Positions 15,701 to 35,000 of a stretch of 64,000 bases of DNA are shown piece by piece. The translations under genes and the position numbers were made by a program. Numbering within the stretch: position 1 is the stretch's first letter; every line of letters begins with the position of its first letter. The notes under the pieces were generated by a model. The model made no database searches. It was not told the origin of the DNA and was given only the letters and a program-made list of their open reading frames with translations. Origin of the DNA: Lingula anatina (lineage: Eukaryota > Animalia > Brachiopoda); contig CM120645.1 in NCBI GenBank assembly GCA_051362555.1, positions 7,626,001 to 7,690,000 of the forward strand, read 5' to 3'.

Positions 15701-17414
15701 CACAGTGGCTGAAGCCACTCACTTTGGTGAGATGATTGAAGTGGTATTAAGTTAAAATGCCGTCTTAACAATATGAAAAACATTGACAGGAATTTAGTGC
15801 CCCACCAGTCTGACACATCCCTGACTAAAGGAACCCTGGGGGAGGGGGGGGGGAGCCCAGGGATTAGTTTGACCTCCTTTGGTTAGAAAGCCTTACTGCA
15901 AGGTCCTGCTGAAATTATATTAGGTCATTCTACCCTAACCTGACTGGGAATATGACTTAAAGCTTAGCTGAAAAACACAGTGTGGCCTTAAAATAACATG
16001 CCAGGGTTCTAAATGATAAACACTATAATTTCCCAAATATGTGGAATAGACCTAATAATAATCAATACAATAACACCTGGAAATAAAAGCAATCCATGAT
16101 TGTGAATAGACAGAAAAAACTGTTCACAATGTCTGCAGGCCCGTAGCCAGGGGGGTTGGGGGGGGGGTAGAAAGAGCTCCCTTTTTTGCAGGGAAAAGGT
16201 CCACTCTGGGTAAATTTGATGTAGATAACTAAGGTTTCTTGACAAAAGGTCCACATTTTCAAGAAAAAAAAAAGAACCCCCCTTTTACACTGCTGGCTAT
16301 AGGGCTAGTCTGGCACAGAGCTGGAAATTCAGCTGTTATCGTGAAATATACCCACCTCTTTGTCATCTTGCAGACATCGTATCTGATCGTTGAGATGGGA
16401 GTATTTAGCAGCCTCCTCCTTTCTGATAGCTCGTTCTTTTTTCAACTCAGGACTCCAAAAAGTCTTGATACTGTTCATACTTGACGTAAGTTTCTCTTTT
16501 GTTATTTCCAACTCTTTCTGCATCATTGCACACTCACGGTTAGCATCATTCAACTGTGATTGTAAATCCAACAGAAGAGTGTCTCGTAAATGCCTAGTTT
16601 CATGCGGTTTTGACGGCTGGTGATTTTCTTCTGTATGTCTTCCTAGGTGAGTGCTTGTGTATGCCCCATCACGATCCAGGGACCTAGAGCCCCCTCGTAA
16701 ATAATCCCCTGTTCCCACTCCATTTGTATTATGTCCTCGACCACCATTCTGTTCCCTGGCTGCATTGCTGTAGCGTTCATTGCCCCTCTGCATTATCATC
16801 TCCATCTCATAGTGCCGGTCAAGCTGGCGGTCAAGTGATCTGTCTCTGACCATGGAACCTCCCTTCTCACGGACTCGCTCTCTGTCCAGGCGGTCAATTG
16901 ACCGATCACGTAACCCACCCCCTCTGGGCAAGCTCCCTCCACTGCTGCCTGATCTGCTGGGAGAGTGAGCAGTGTGGGCTGGACTCTGGTAAGGACTTCT
17001 ATTTGACGGGGATAATCCCCCCTGATTTCTCCCCGGAGAGGATAATCCCCCAGAACTTCCTATCCCCTCGCCATAGGACTGGCTGCGAGCTGAGGGTGAC
17101 AACCCTGGAGATAATCCAGGACCCCCCACGACGTCCCCACCGGCGTAAGTTTGGCTGCCAGCGCTGTAGGCTGCATTCATGGACTGTACATTCTCCATGG
17201 GCAAGTTCAGGGGGCTTCCAGATCTGCTTCCCTGTCTGGAGTTGGGTTGCAGCCCCCCGTCTCTCCGGTTCCCTCTGGGGGAGAGCATCATATGCGGGTT
17301 GGTCCTCACAGGCGAGGAGGACATGGGTGAACGTGGAGAACGCGGCCCTGGACTTTGGCTTTGACTTTGGCTATCATTCGAGTGCGAACGTGCGGCTTGC
17401 TTCTGACAATACAT
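2372..17414 (-). CDS. ERC1: ERC/ELKS/CAST (Bruchpilot-related) active-zone coiled-coil scaffold, first two coding exons (16356-17414, 2372-2740); gene continues beyond left edge
   Basis: Exon 1 encodes MY..SQSPGPRSPRSP..LPMENVQSMNAAY..KLTSSMNSIKTFWSPELKKERAIRKEEA. Exon 2 encodes RQAKEIKILRKTVQEMELRIDTQKHTLGARDESIKKLLEMLQSKGL. Both are recognisable ELKS-family blocks. Donor GAG|gtggg at 16356, acceptor ttccag|AAC at 2740 and donor GGG|gtaagt at 2372 are all phase 0; the intron is about 13.6 kb. Probably co-orthologous to ERC1 and ERC2. Confidence 0.95.
3614..3702. repeat. Compound (CT)n(GT)n microsatellite plus poly-G
   Basis: Directly visible. Confidence 0.97.
4181..4284. repeat. 52-bp tandem duplication
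   Basis: AACATTGGAGAACATTGACTCCTTAAATGA[T/C]ATAATATAAGAAGCTAAACTT x2. Confidence 0.95.
5114..5377. mobile_element. Palindromic MITE family 1 copy
   Basis: TIRs TAAGGGCTCATTTCCAA / TTGGAAATGCGCCCTTA. Internal sequence is shared with the copies at 2123-2325 and 37539-37757. Confidence 0.8.
7172..7243. repeat. (GA)n microsatellite
   Basis: Perfect dinucleotide run. Confidence 0.97.
9742..9790. repeat. (GT)n microsatellite
   Basis: Directly visible. Confidence 0.95.
12156..12596. repeat. 28-bp minisatellite (CTCAAGGGCAGTGGTGCCACA[A/G]TGTTAG), ~16 near-perfect units with degenerate flanks ~12045-12780
   Basis: Direct head-to-tail repetition with no spacers; one A/G polymorphic position. Confidence 0.97.
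16136..16307. mobile_element. Small MITE-like element near ERC exon 1 donor
   Basis: Imperfect TIRs CAGGCCCGTAGCCAG / CTGGCTATAGGGCTAG with a G-rich interior. Confidence 0.55.
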
Positions 17415-17908
17415 GATAATGATTTCACCACATCGATAAAGTTATTCCTCTAAATACCTCAACCAATCGCTAGCTGTACGACTGAAATCCATACATTTTC
17501 TCCGCATTGCCGCCCATGTTTTCGAAATCCTTGTCGTTTAAAATGAACAAAAAGTTAAAATAGAACTCGAAGGTCGCTCCTCGCGTGCCGCAGTTGTCAC
17601 TCTTTTCTTTAACCAAGAGGCACCTGCTTAATTATTCATGAGGTGCCGTATTTCCGTTTCCGGCTTCGATTTCTTAAGTAAACAATTAGGATAAGGGGTA
17701 TAATACGCAACGAGAACTAAGTAATCTATTGTAAATACAACTTATGTTTTCATTTCCCATGATCATTAAAACTTACAAGGCAAAACATCACTAACGATTT
17801 TGCTTCGAGCCGAGCTTTTAATGAGTCATGTGACCTACATACAACAAACTGACATGGCGGTGAAAACGAACTTGTATTTCATCGACTTAGGGCATTAACC
17901 TGCATATT
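17415..17908. promoter_or_regulatory. Putative bidirectional promoter/5' UTRs shared by ERC and RAD52
   Basis: 494 bp between divergent ATGs, locally CpG-rich compared with the flanking gene bodies. Contains an ETS-like TTTCCGG (~17656) and overlapping TGAGTCA / GTCATGTGAC motifs (17822-17834). TSSs are not determinable. Confidence 0.6.
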
Positions 17909-23937
<6,029 letters not shown>

Positions 23938-25709
23938 AAGGGTGTCTTTACTGAAAAACAAAAAATATCAAAAAAGTGAGCAAACAGTCATGGCAAAGGA
24001 AGTGAGACCCCTTTAAAGCTTCATAAATTACATGGAATGATTAAGTTGTTGAGACCAGACAATTTTAGAACGAAGAAAAAAAAAAGGAAAATATTCAATC
24101 AAAACCAGCACCATGTGGGTCGAGAAGTTGTGTTTTTGCCAAGTTTTAAGTGGTTTCTGGTTTTTATTTTCTTGGAGGAATCTAGCAATTGCACTTCTTG
24201 TGGAAGTAAGGAATTTGCAGGACAACTTCATAACATATTGCTCTGTCCTTTGCATTTGTCAGACATTTTCTGTACATTTAAAAATCTTGACATCCACCTA
24301 TTTACATTAAATACATCAGGTCAGCAGGCTTCAGAATATTTTGGTTTTTAACCAAGCATGGCTAACTTTAAATTAAGCAAACTAATTATAACAATTTTAT
24401 GAGTTTGTACAATGTTTTAATTGCAACACTAATTTTCATTATTCTTCATAAGAATTTCCTCTTATGATGACAAATTGAATTTTAAAATGGTCATTAAATA
24501 CATACTAAATCTTACATTTATTATTTGTAAATACTTGCAATTATTATTTGTAAATACTTGACCTTAATAATTAGTACTTTATTTATATTTATTATTATTC
24601 ATGGTGATACAGTTTGTAAAATATTATTTAATATTTTATTTATATTATATTTATATTATTAGAACCATGTTTTTATAAAATAATACTATTTGTGATGTGT
24701 GGGAATTTTCTCGGGTGTCATGGTTCCAATAAAACCTGTTATTGAACTATTTCACCGTTTTCCTTCTCTTTTTTTTTTTTTTTTTTGTGTGTGTGTGATG
24801 CAGCCAAAGCAGGGGTCATTATCACATTTCTGATGTCTGGAAAACAAGCTAGTTATCACCAATGGCTTCACTAAATTTCTTGGAATCTTGGAAACGGCTC
24901 ACTGATCTTATACTGTGTCAAAAGTACATTTATGTGACTAAATGGAAATAGTGTTGAAACATTTGAATTTAACTTTTGACCAAGCATTTATTTTATCACT
25001 GCTATATTCAGAGGTATTGTATTTTGGCATAAGTGTTACAAGTAGCGTAGGGTTTTGTTTTTTTTCACCCGTAATATATTTTATGAACACATCATTTTTA
25101 GAAAATATTTAATTTTTTATTCAGTTTTATTTTTCTGGACCAAATAAAAATTAACCAAACATCAAAAGAGAAGGAAGACCTAACTTTTATTTTGCATGTA
25201 AATTTCTTGTTGCCTAAGCTTGTATTTTTTGGACTATTTTTCATTTATTTAACCTAATTGAAATAAATAATTATATATATTTTGATAACGCAACCAACCG
25301 TGGATTAATGGCCCATCAACCTTATTTCAGAAGAATAACCATTACGATATTTTCATCAGTTGGAAAAATACTCAGTGGCAACTGCACATATACAAACAAG
25401 ACAAACATGAGTCTGCATAACAAAAAGAAATAAGACCACAAGCATTTGGGATACTCTTTTCTGAACACTGATTGTTTTTATTCTGTTAGATTAAAATGAT
25501 GATTACATTGAGTGGTATGAAAACACTACAGTTATTATAATTTGATACTGCAATATAACTGTCTTACAGGTTTTTTTACTCCCTTTCACAAGGTCACCTC
25601 TTGCTGTTAAGATGTTGTTAACTCGGGCCACGTCAAATGCAGAGGTTCCACTTAGGAGACTTGCCTATAGTAACAGCCAGATTATCAACTTGTCAATCTC
25701 TCAAAGTGT

Positions 25710-25950
25710 ACCGGTACAAACTGAATCAGTAAAGAATATATTACCAGTACAGACTATATCACTGAAAATTATGACCAGCACACACTATAGCACTAAAGAA
25801 TATCACCAGTACAGACTATATCAATAAAGAATTTCACTGGTGCAGATTATATCACTAAAAATATCACTGGTACAGACTGTATCACTAAAAAACATTGCTT
25901 GTACAGACTGTATCACTAAAAAACATCACCTGCACAGACTATATCACAAA
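25710..25950. repeat. Degenerate ~30-bp minisatellite (ACCAGTACAGACTATATCACTAAA..), ~8 units
   Basis: ACAGACT[A/G]TATCACTAAA recurs at ~30-31 bp period. Confidence 0.85.
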
Positions 25951-27351
25951 ATATTGCTAGATATGACAAGGGTCCAAGCACTTGTTGCTATGTGAACTTC
26001 AAACATTTTCCAGACCTGCAACTTATTTTTGAAATATTAGTGTAAACCTTTAAAGTAGGAATCCTGAAGTGCTTACTTGAAACCTCATCAGTCTGTTTCC
26101 TGTAGTTAGTTCTGTATCAGGTCACCAGATACAGCCTATAATTCACCCTTAAAATAGTTAGGTATTCAAAAACATTGATACCCAGCCCTGTGAAAAACAC
26201 AATTTCACAGACCACTTACGGGAATAGCAAAGGAAATGGTTTTTCAATAACCAGCTACTTGTATTTTTTGTTGCGCAACTTATGTTTTCCTGTTACCATT
26301 CATTTTCATGAAAAGGAATTTTCACTCTAGTGTAGGAGAAGGATATGGTGGCTGTGAATTTTTTTGTCCTTTAATTTGGGTGGCATTAATATCACACAGT
26401 TAAGTTTCGAGTTCTGGCAAGAGTCAAAATTATCAAAGTTGCATTTTTCTGTGATAAAATGGGGTGATTTCATGGCTGATTGGCATTTTGGCAACAGCTG
26501 CTGAGTGAGGAGCGGATTTTTAAAAAAATACCATCTAAAAATAGTTGAAATGAATTTTGATGTCAAGTACTGGCAAACTGATTCTGTGCTTTTTTGGTGG
26601 TCAAAAGCCTCATTGTTTTTAAAAAATGGGTTTTGCAGATAAAGGAGTTAAAACCAAGACCTTGTATCATTGTAAAATATTTTCTATTTTCTGTATGGAA
26701 AAGAACTACAGGGTTGCCTGCTTTTCTATTTTGTTGCTTCCACTCAATTGGAATGTCCCAGTTTTAAGAATTTATGACTTGTAAAAAGTCAATATAATAT
26801 TAAAAATTCATAGCTTTCCCCACTGAAAAGACTGAGTCATCACCATAGATATTTGTATAATGCAAACAGTTGCTTTAATTCCACCTGTAATTTCCCATGA
26901 TGCTATCAGTAAAATGTAACACCTATTCCAAAATTACGTGATCTATTAAATATACACATTTATATTTTACTCCAAGGGGTTACGTGGAATTTCAATATTT
27001 AATATGGCCTTTGAAAGATACATATTTACATCTTGCTGTACAGGCTGATGACACTGAATGAAAGACCCATACAGGCTTCATTGCTCTATGGAAACCAGTT
27101 TTCTTTTGTTTTATGTTTTCATCCCAGGGCTTCATTTTGGTTGAGTCCAACTGATATGTGTTCATATATTGGTGTCAACCCAGCCTGTTATTTTCTTGTT
27201 CATACCTGTTGGAGTGGGCGTCACACTTGTGACACACCTGATAGAAAGATTTTATTTTTAAGCAGAGAATGATATTTTATGCTTGAAAAATGCTTGAAAA
27301 TGTTTTAGTGTGATTTTAGTAGCACAGTTGAAAATCCTATAAAGATCTGTT

Positions 27352-28048
27352 ATAATAATAATAATAATAATTTATTCGAGCATTAAATGTGACAGTTACA
27401 TTTGTTAGCCCTCTATACTACAAATATATAAATAAATAAATAGTTATACATCACTACGGATTACTACTAATACAGTGTTTAAGATCATTAATTACAGTGT
27501 ATACGTTGTTTAAAATACTTATTACAATTGTAAATAGTTCAATACACTGAGGGAACACACATTTTCTTTGATTGGCGTATAGCTGTACGTATCTAATGTG
27601 CCATACTTATGGTTCATGTAATATATAGCAGGATGAGGCTACTTCAGTGTGGCAGATGCTCATTTCTTTTGGAAATTGCCCTCTGAATGTATTTACCAAC
27701 AGCGTACAATTCTTTCTCATTTTCTGGGCTTAGTATGATTTTAACCTTCTCGTCACTGCTTGCTAGGTGATGCATGTCACATTTAGGGAATTGTTTTAAC
27801 ATGCCCTCCCTCTCTTTTACATGGTGTCTACATTCTAGTAGGAAGTGCACTTCGTCCTCGATGGCAGGACAGTGGGGACAGAATCGTTCCTCGCGTGGTG
27901 TTTTAGGTCTGGTGTAGCGTCCTCTTTCCATTTCCAGAATATGATCACTGACTCTAATTTTAGCCACTTCCCTTTTTAATGACTGAGGGGCATTAGTTAG
28001 CAGGTACTTTTCAATTTTGTAGGACTTTTTTATCAGACTATAAGTTTT
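27352..28048 (-). mobile_element. 5'-truncated non-LTR retrotransposon (ORF2 C-terminus, RTE-X-like) with 3' UTR and (TTA)n tail
   Basis: Reads KTYSLIKKSYKIEKYL..AKIRVSDHILEMERGRY..REERFCPHC..IEDEVHFLLEC, a CCHC-type C-terminal LINE motif. On the minus strand the element ends in AATAAA followed directly by (TTA)n at ~27352-27376. Clade assignment is tentative. Confidence 0.85.
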
Positions 28049-29072
28049 ATGTAATAGTGTGGTAAGGAAAAGTAAAACAAACAGTGGTGATGTTCATGCA
28101 GTTTTGTGTTAATGTAAATTCAGATAACAACTTTTTTAAGTCCAAAATCAGACCTGGTTCCAATGTCATTTGAAGGTTACAATATATTACTGTGTATATT
28201 ATGTACTGGGCTGAATTTTTCAATATTTCGGAATATTCGCCAGTTCAAATTATTTTTGGTAAAAAAAAATTGGTCTGGACTGACTCTTGTACTAGTAAGA
28301 AATAAGCCATTTTACAACCGACTTGATTTTATTTTATTCACAAAGTATGTGAGTATTTTTAAAAATTAATTTTGTGTTAAATCCTTAATAAAAAAAAATT
28401 GTGACAATATAGCCGATGTACATATGCTTTAACTCTTCTAGCCTGAGGCAGCTACTCTTCCCCCTAACAGTGTGAGTCTCATTTCCAGTTTAAAATTGCC
28501 TTTGTCTGAACAGCCCTCAAGTTAAGAGAAGATAATCAGCTTGAAACAACAAGTACTTGTACTTGGGAGTAGCTGAACCCCTAATCTCTGATCCAGCGTA
28601 ACCCGAACCCTGCTGGTGGACCAGCCTCACATGGGACATAAATCAAAGCTGTTTGCAAGAACACACACTTGTTAGGTTAGCTGCTGCTGCTGCTGGGACC
28701 ACTGCACTATCTTCCAGCAGTGGGGATTGAATCTTCCACCTGCAGGGGCTAGTGACCAGAATTACTGGACATTGGAAAGTCACAGAGGCTGACCAAGTGA
28801 TCAAGTGTACCAGAAACTTTTCTCTTGAGCAGGCTGGAATTTTAAACAACAGAGATTGAACAAAGTTGTACTCATTGTGTGGGGAACATTGGCCTGGTTT
28901 CCAGAAACTGTGCTCATTTGACAGAAGATACTTTGTGGCAGTAGGGTGAAAAGCTGTGCTTTGTCTCCTAACACAAGGGGAGGTTTGCACTAAGTGGAGC
29001 AGGAAAACTTGTGTCTAGTTGCAGCTTGATTTGACATAGAAGTGTTTGAAGTAAAACATCTACATTGCCTCC

Positions 29073-32000
29073 ATGGAGAAAGTATTGGCCTTGGTTCTGC
29101 TGTTGGCTTTTGGTTCACACTTTGTCTCACCACAAATATCAGAGGCAGGTCAGTAGAATGTGCTTAATGTGCGATAAATTTGATTTGTATCATTCTTGTA
29201 AAGTGTTATATTTCAGGTAATAGGTGGTCAAATATAATGCAGACTTTTACCCATAAGAAAGGACATACATAAATTTCATAGTCAAGAATACCACTTCAAA
29301 GTTTTATAATTATATTATATTCAATTTATTGAATACTAAATGCATAATATATATCGCTGTGGGATTTTTTATGTAATTTTATCAATATTGTGATGTTTTT
29401 GTATGTATTTTGTTCTCTTCTTTTGTCTGTTTATACTTGTGCATCCTATCAGTTACCAACCTCCATGGAAACAATATACAGCACTCTGTGGTAAAATCAA
29501 TTAATCAATTTCTCCTGTTAAATTTGTTTCATATTTTGTGTGAGTCATATTTAAATGCTCTGACCACATTGGCTTGGCATAAATGGCAAAATTCAGTACA
29601 CCCCCATCAAGACACAGGATGTGGTGTTGACACTGATTGAAATAACAACCACCGCTTCTCTGTTAAATCAAAATCTGATGTGGGTTTAATCTCTTATCTG
29701 GAAGGGATTTGTGATGCTGTCTTCCTTCCTTACAGTTTACAAAGTTAGGTAAAAAAAAAAGAGGATATGCTATGTACTTATAGGCCAGTTTCTAGACAAG
29801 ATAAGGCTTGTCTTACTTTGTACTGCCCATCTCTACAAGTTATCTGATTGATTATAATTGGTTGACCATAGGAAGCCAATATCAATGCAAAAATAAGTCC
29901 CTTTTTACCCGTTCGGTTTCACAAAAAATCAAAAGTGATGTTTCACTTTTTTTGCGGTCATTAGTATTAACCCCTAGACCACATTCTCTTGTTCCTGACA
30001 TTTTTATTGCTGAAATTTGTAATTATAAACCCTTTTTTAGCATGTTAGTTAATACCATGCATATTTTGTGGGTCAAATATTTTTGAAACATTCTCAGACC
30101 AACTTGTCAAAGAGGCAAGAATGTTCAGTCTACTTCAGCAGTGTAAGCCAAAATTTGTTGTTTTTTCTTTGAGGGGGAGGGGATATTTAGGACTACAGTG
30201 CAAGTGGTGTCCCATTTACAAGCTACAGAGGAGGGTGTAAGGCAGTCATAAGGTTTACATAAAAAATCACAAAAATTCAGTTTTTTTATTCTGCTATCTT
30301 TCCAAATTATGCACCCTATTAGTGAAAATTTTCCTTATTAGAAAGTTTCAAAGTACTGTAATATTTCACATGACATGCATTTTCAGTATGGAAAAAACTA
30401 ATTTAAGAATTGAACCTGACGTCCACTTTGTTTGACATGTCACATCAAAGCCAGGTTCATTGGGTTAAAAGGTCTGATCAAAATCCATTGGTACATGTTT
30501 CAGCTAGATTCTAAGCTCAAATTATATTGAGAAGATTTTTTGTTCAGCAGAGTCATAGAGAGAAGGAAAAGGGGCTACTTTATCTAAATAGGCAAGTGGT
30601 ACTAGAAGGGTAAATGGAGAAATTTATAATGTCATATTCCCTTAAACTTTTATCAAAGTTGCTATTATTAGTATTATTATTAATATTATTTTAATGAAAA
30701 TAATCAAATGAAGCTACCTCCATAGTGGTGCTCTTTTCTTTGCCACATGATATCATAAAGCCTTCTACACAGAAAACAGCTACAGTGACATAATTATTTA
30801 GAAATTGAAATGTCTTGTGACAAATAACATGTTCTCATGTACACACTCCATGTACATTCACAGATAAATGTTAACAGTCATCTTGATATTTGTATTCAAA
30901 GCAGCAGAGGCAAGTTTTCAATGTTAGTAAGGGTGCTTTCCCAGAGATTTGGATCGCTCTAAAGATTAAGTTTTAGATCGACCTAACTCCCTGGGGGTTC
31001 ACGCTAAATTGCTGTCAGCCGAGCGGGCACCATAGTTAATTACCCCCTTACAGCTTTTAGTAGGCGGGACAGACGCTTAAGCCAGCCAAGCTGACAGTAA
31101 TCTAGTGAGACTCCCCACAGGGATAGATCGATCTAAAAATCTATGGAAATGGGGTGTAAGAGAAAGCAATATAGAAACTTTTTGGAGCGAACCCGCATAT
31201 TGCCCCTCTGAAACATGCATGTGGCATTGAAATTATTTGATCAGAAATGGGTGCAGTTTTAAAATAATTCTTTTTTTTTTTTTTTTGAAAGTAAAAGTCT
31301 GTGAAAGTAAAGTCCTAGTATGTATAGCTGTGTTTGCTGAAGCAATGCTTAAATCCACCAGTGGTCAGCTGGCACCTTAAACTTGTATTCAAAATCAGCT
31401 TTATTGATTCAAGATGAAGAAAACAGGTGTCACAAGCAAGTTGGGAATTGAGTGGCCAGGAACCGAACAATAGAATCATTGGATAATTACTAGTTTCCTG
31501 TCGCGTAATAACCTTTTAATTCCAGGGTGTTTCTTTTTATCTGGTTACATTTTGTTTTCTGGAATCCATAAAGGCACAGTAAAGATTTGGGTCATGATTT
31601 CAAGGCATGTTTGACAGAAATTGCACGACACCTGAAAATATCTATTTCCTCTGTCATCTAAAGCATAAAGTTTTGAATTTTCAAACTGTGTTTTGTAAAA
31701 GATATATGTTGGAAATTTTCAGAGACTTGTGCAAAGCTGATATAAAACAGAGAATTGTAAATCTGAGAATAAATATGTTTTTATTGCAAAATTGATAAGG
31801 ATAAGCTCTGGACATGGATATTTGTTGAAGAGCTCCTCTAAGCATTTGTTCCTGGATAAACAAGATATTACCAAAGATAAAATTCCTAAGTAAGAGAATT
31901 GTTAGGGTTCTCCATGAGGGGCAATAAAATCCCTGGGACTGTTCTTGATTGACCAAACTAAGTAGACATTGAGAGTAACATGTAATGCAACAAATTTATT

Positions 32001-35000
32001 TGCTCAAATTCTACCCATTTTTAACAATTTTGTACTTTACAGAAAAAAGGAGTCAACTGCGTGATGTTAATTGTTTGTTGTGACTCATAAGATAAACATT
32101 TACTGATTTAGTTTTCAAGGGCATTGATGCAAATATAGTCTTAAGCCGTAGGGAAATTTTTTAAATGTTAGATTTCTGAAAATGCACTTAAGTTCAGTTA
32201 AGAGAGGAGTTTTCATTTTACATAAAACTTCTTAAATATAAATACATTGCATTTTAGCATTAAGAATTTACCATAGACCTACAGAATCACAAATATTTTG
32301 TTCTTGGCATAATTTTTTTTTCAACAATGTTATAAAACATTTGCCATGTGTTTCAGATGACCAGATGCTGAATTTGCTGGAGAGATGTTGTGACCTGGGA
32401 AAATACTGGCAGGGTCGAGGTCTCTGCGACAACTACCCCAAGCCAATAGGCGGTGTTCCAATTGCCAACGAGACTGTCTGCATGGGGTCCATAAGACTGT
32501 GCTGTGTTCAGAAGCAACAACAAATTGTTCAGTGTTCAGCAGGACGGCAGGTTGCCCAGCGGACCAATGAGTGTGCAGAAATAGGGAATGGAGAAAGCAA
32601 TGAAAAAAAGGTAACTTTTGGTGAATGTGTGTGTCAGAGTAAAATTGTGTAATTTGAAAATTTAGAAAAAAAAATAGATTTTTTGGTTTTCATTTTTTTA
32701 TTACTAATATTTAGTGAAATACTTTTGTGGTTCATGCTGAATAGGTGGATTTTTTGGATTCAGTCTTTTTATCTTTCCCTTTTTTTAAGTCAGCAGAAAA
32801 GTTTTGTGTTATCACACTTTTATTTGACATTAATATTGGATATGTAGCTTATTGGACAGTTTCACAAATTTGAAATATTCTAAAATAATACCCCTTCATT
32901 TGGACACTAAGGAGGAGTACCAAAGGTTTTCAGTCTTAAAAGTAAGACCAACTTTTGACTTGAATTGGTAGTAAAAGTGGCACCTGGGTGTTAATTGAAT
33001 GTGACAGAAAACTGCACTCCACTGACACTGACATAACTTAACTTAAATATTTTAACTGTTGTGGGTCAAACTGCAGACACGACATGTCAAATGTATCCAT
33101 TTATCACTGCAGCATAGTATGGAAATTTTGGTGCATGTCAATAAATTTTTTAACCAATTTGCCTGTTACCAATACATTACATAAGGGGACCATTAAGACT
33201 GAGTACTATTGAATCCAAGTTCTGATAGATTAAAAACAAATATTGGTAAATGGGTACAATTCTCAGCAGATAACTTTGAATCAAATCTGGATAGATTTGA
33301 AGCGGTTTTCATGATCTTCAGAAAAACAGTCTGATTTTTCTGAAAAATCATTTTTATGTCAAATATGGGAGGCTTAAATATTGAATTGATCTCAATTGGA
33401 GTGTCAACCTGCTGGAAGTCTCAATCTAGACCTACCCATGTAAATAATAAAATATTCTTTCACAGGATTGTTGTAACTGCTGTAAGCTGGGCCTCCTGGC
33501 ACACAACATTGGCGCCCGCTGTGACACAACCAGCTTTGATACCATGTGCGACGTTTCATTCAGGGAATGCTGTCAAACTGGAAAAGGCACGGGAAGTGGG
33601 GTTGGCTCGGTCACAGACACCACAAGGCGTAACAATGGTGCTGAAAACACCAACCCAGGTAAATATTAGTTACTATTATTTAGCACTGATCCTATCATCA
33701 AGCTTACATGATCCATATATATGAAGCATTGTATCTCTGGCAGATCTAGGGTTTTTGTTTCATTGTCAGGAGGGGGGGGGGGGGGCAGGGGGAGAAGAAA
33801 AAAAAGTAATAAAAATCTTGCTAAAATATGTATGGCACTGGGAGTATTGAACTGCTGAATTTTGTTTCATTTCACTTTTTATGCTGTTGGGTCCCAAGCC
33901 CTTCAGTACTACTGATATATTTTCTTAATGTACGAATAATAATCAAAGTTGACAGCAATAATGATAATACTTCTGAGCATTCTGCCCCACTAAATCATAA
34001 TTGATATTTTGTGCACTCCATCTATAAACTGGTTGTTCATAATCTTAAAACTGTATTAATGTCACTACTTGTATCACTTGTCATTTATATTTTTGTACAT
34101 TTTTTGGTGGAGGGGGGGGGGAGATAAAAAAAGATACCTCAACAATTAAGAAATGAAAAATGTAACAATAACATATAGGTGGTATGAGAATTGAGTTGTC
34201 ATCTATCTTCAACAGACTGCTTCAGGGAATTGTATTTTAGGGTATAGTACTAGTATATGAGATTTAATTTTCCATTCCTTAACCTGCTTATACAAATAAT
34301 TCAAAATATTTCTTCTGATACCTCTGAGCTAATGGGGGGAGGGGGGGGGGGGGGACTTGCCTGCTGTGATTCTCCCCATCCCCCACCAACCCCCACCCAT
34401 TTACAGGTACTTCAATTTCAACCTCTGGATCTGCCATTGGTAACTATATAAAACACACTGTATTTTTTTTCTTAATAATTTACTGGTTTTATCTATCTAT
34501 CAGGATTTGAACAGCTTCATTGAGTGTGTCTGTGCATAATTTGAATTCACATCCTTGTTCATGTGCCCCATTTATGACTTACTGAGAATAATTTCACCGC
34601 TTTTTTGGTTAAATCAAGACCATATGCTTACTTTTTTGTTCTTTTATCACTTGCTTGGCTAAGCATGCATATTCTGGTATGAAAAAACCACTTTTCAGTT
34701 TTGATGATACCTATGACTCCATTAGAAGAAGGCTATTTCACTGCTTCACATTTTATTTTTGCTTTGTCCTATTCTCAACAGTGATAAAGGGACACTGTGA
34801 ACTATACCCAAATCGCTTATGCGCACACATATGCATAAGCACACAAGGCAGCTTCCGTTGCGAGTGTCGTGAAGGGTTTGAGCTTGCAGCAGATAGGCGA
34901 AACTGCAGACCAGCAAGTAAGCATTTCATATGATGTGGGCTAGCACTCTTTGTGTATAAATTAATTATTGTTTTCTGGAATAGCCCTACATGTTCATATG

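Noticed and set aside
16390-17416. Plus-strand ORFs overlapping ERC exon 1, and similar shadow ORFs over the fibulin and receptor exons
   Set aside because: Antisense or off-frame shadows of real exons with no recognisable protein features.
17854-17898. Upstream ATG (ACATGGCGG) as RAD52 start
   Set aside because: It is out of frame with 17909 and stops after 14 codons, and joining would need a 31-nt intron. At most a uORF or YY1-like motif.
27644-27967. Host zinc-finger gene
   Set aside because: The motif and (TTA)n tail identify it as a truncated LINE 3' end.
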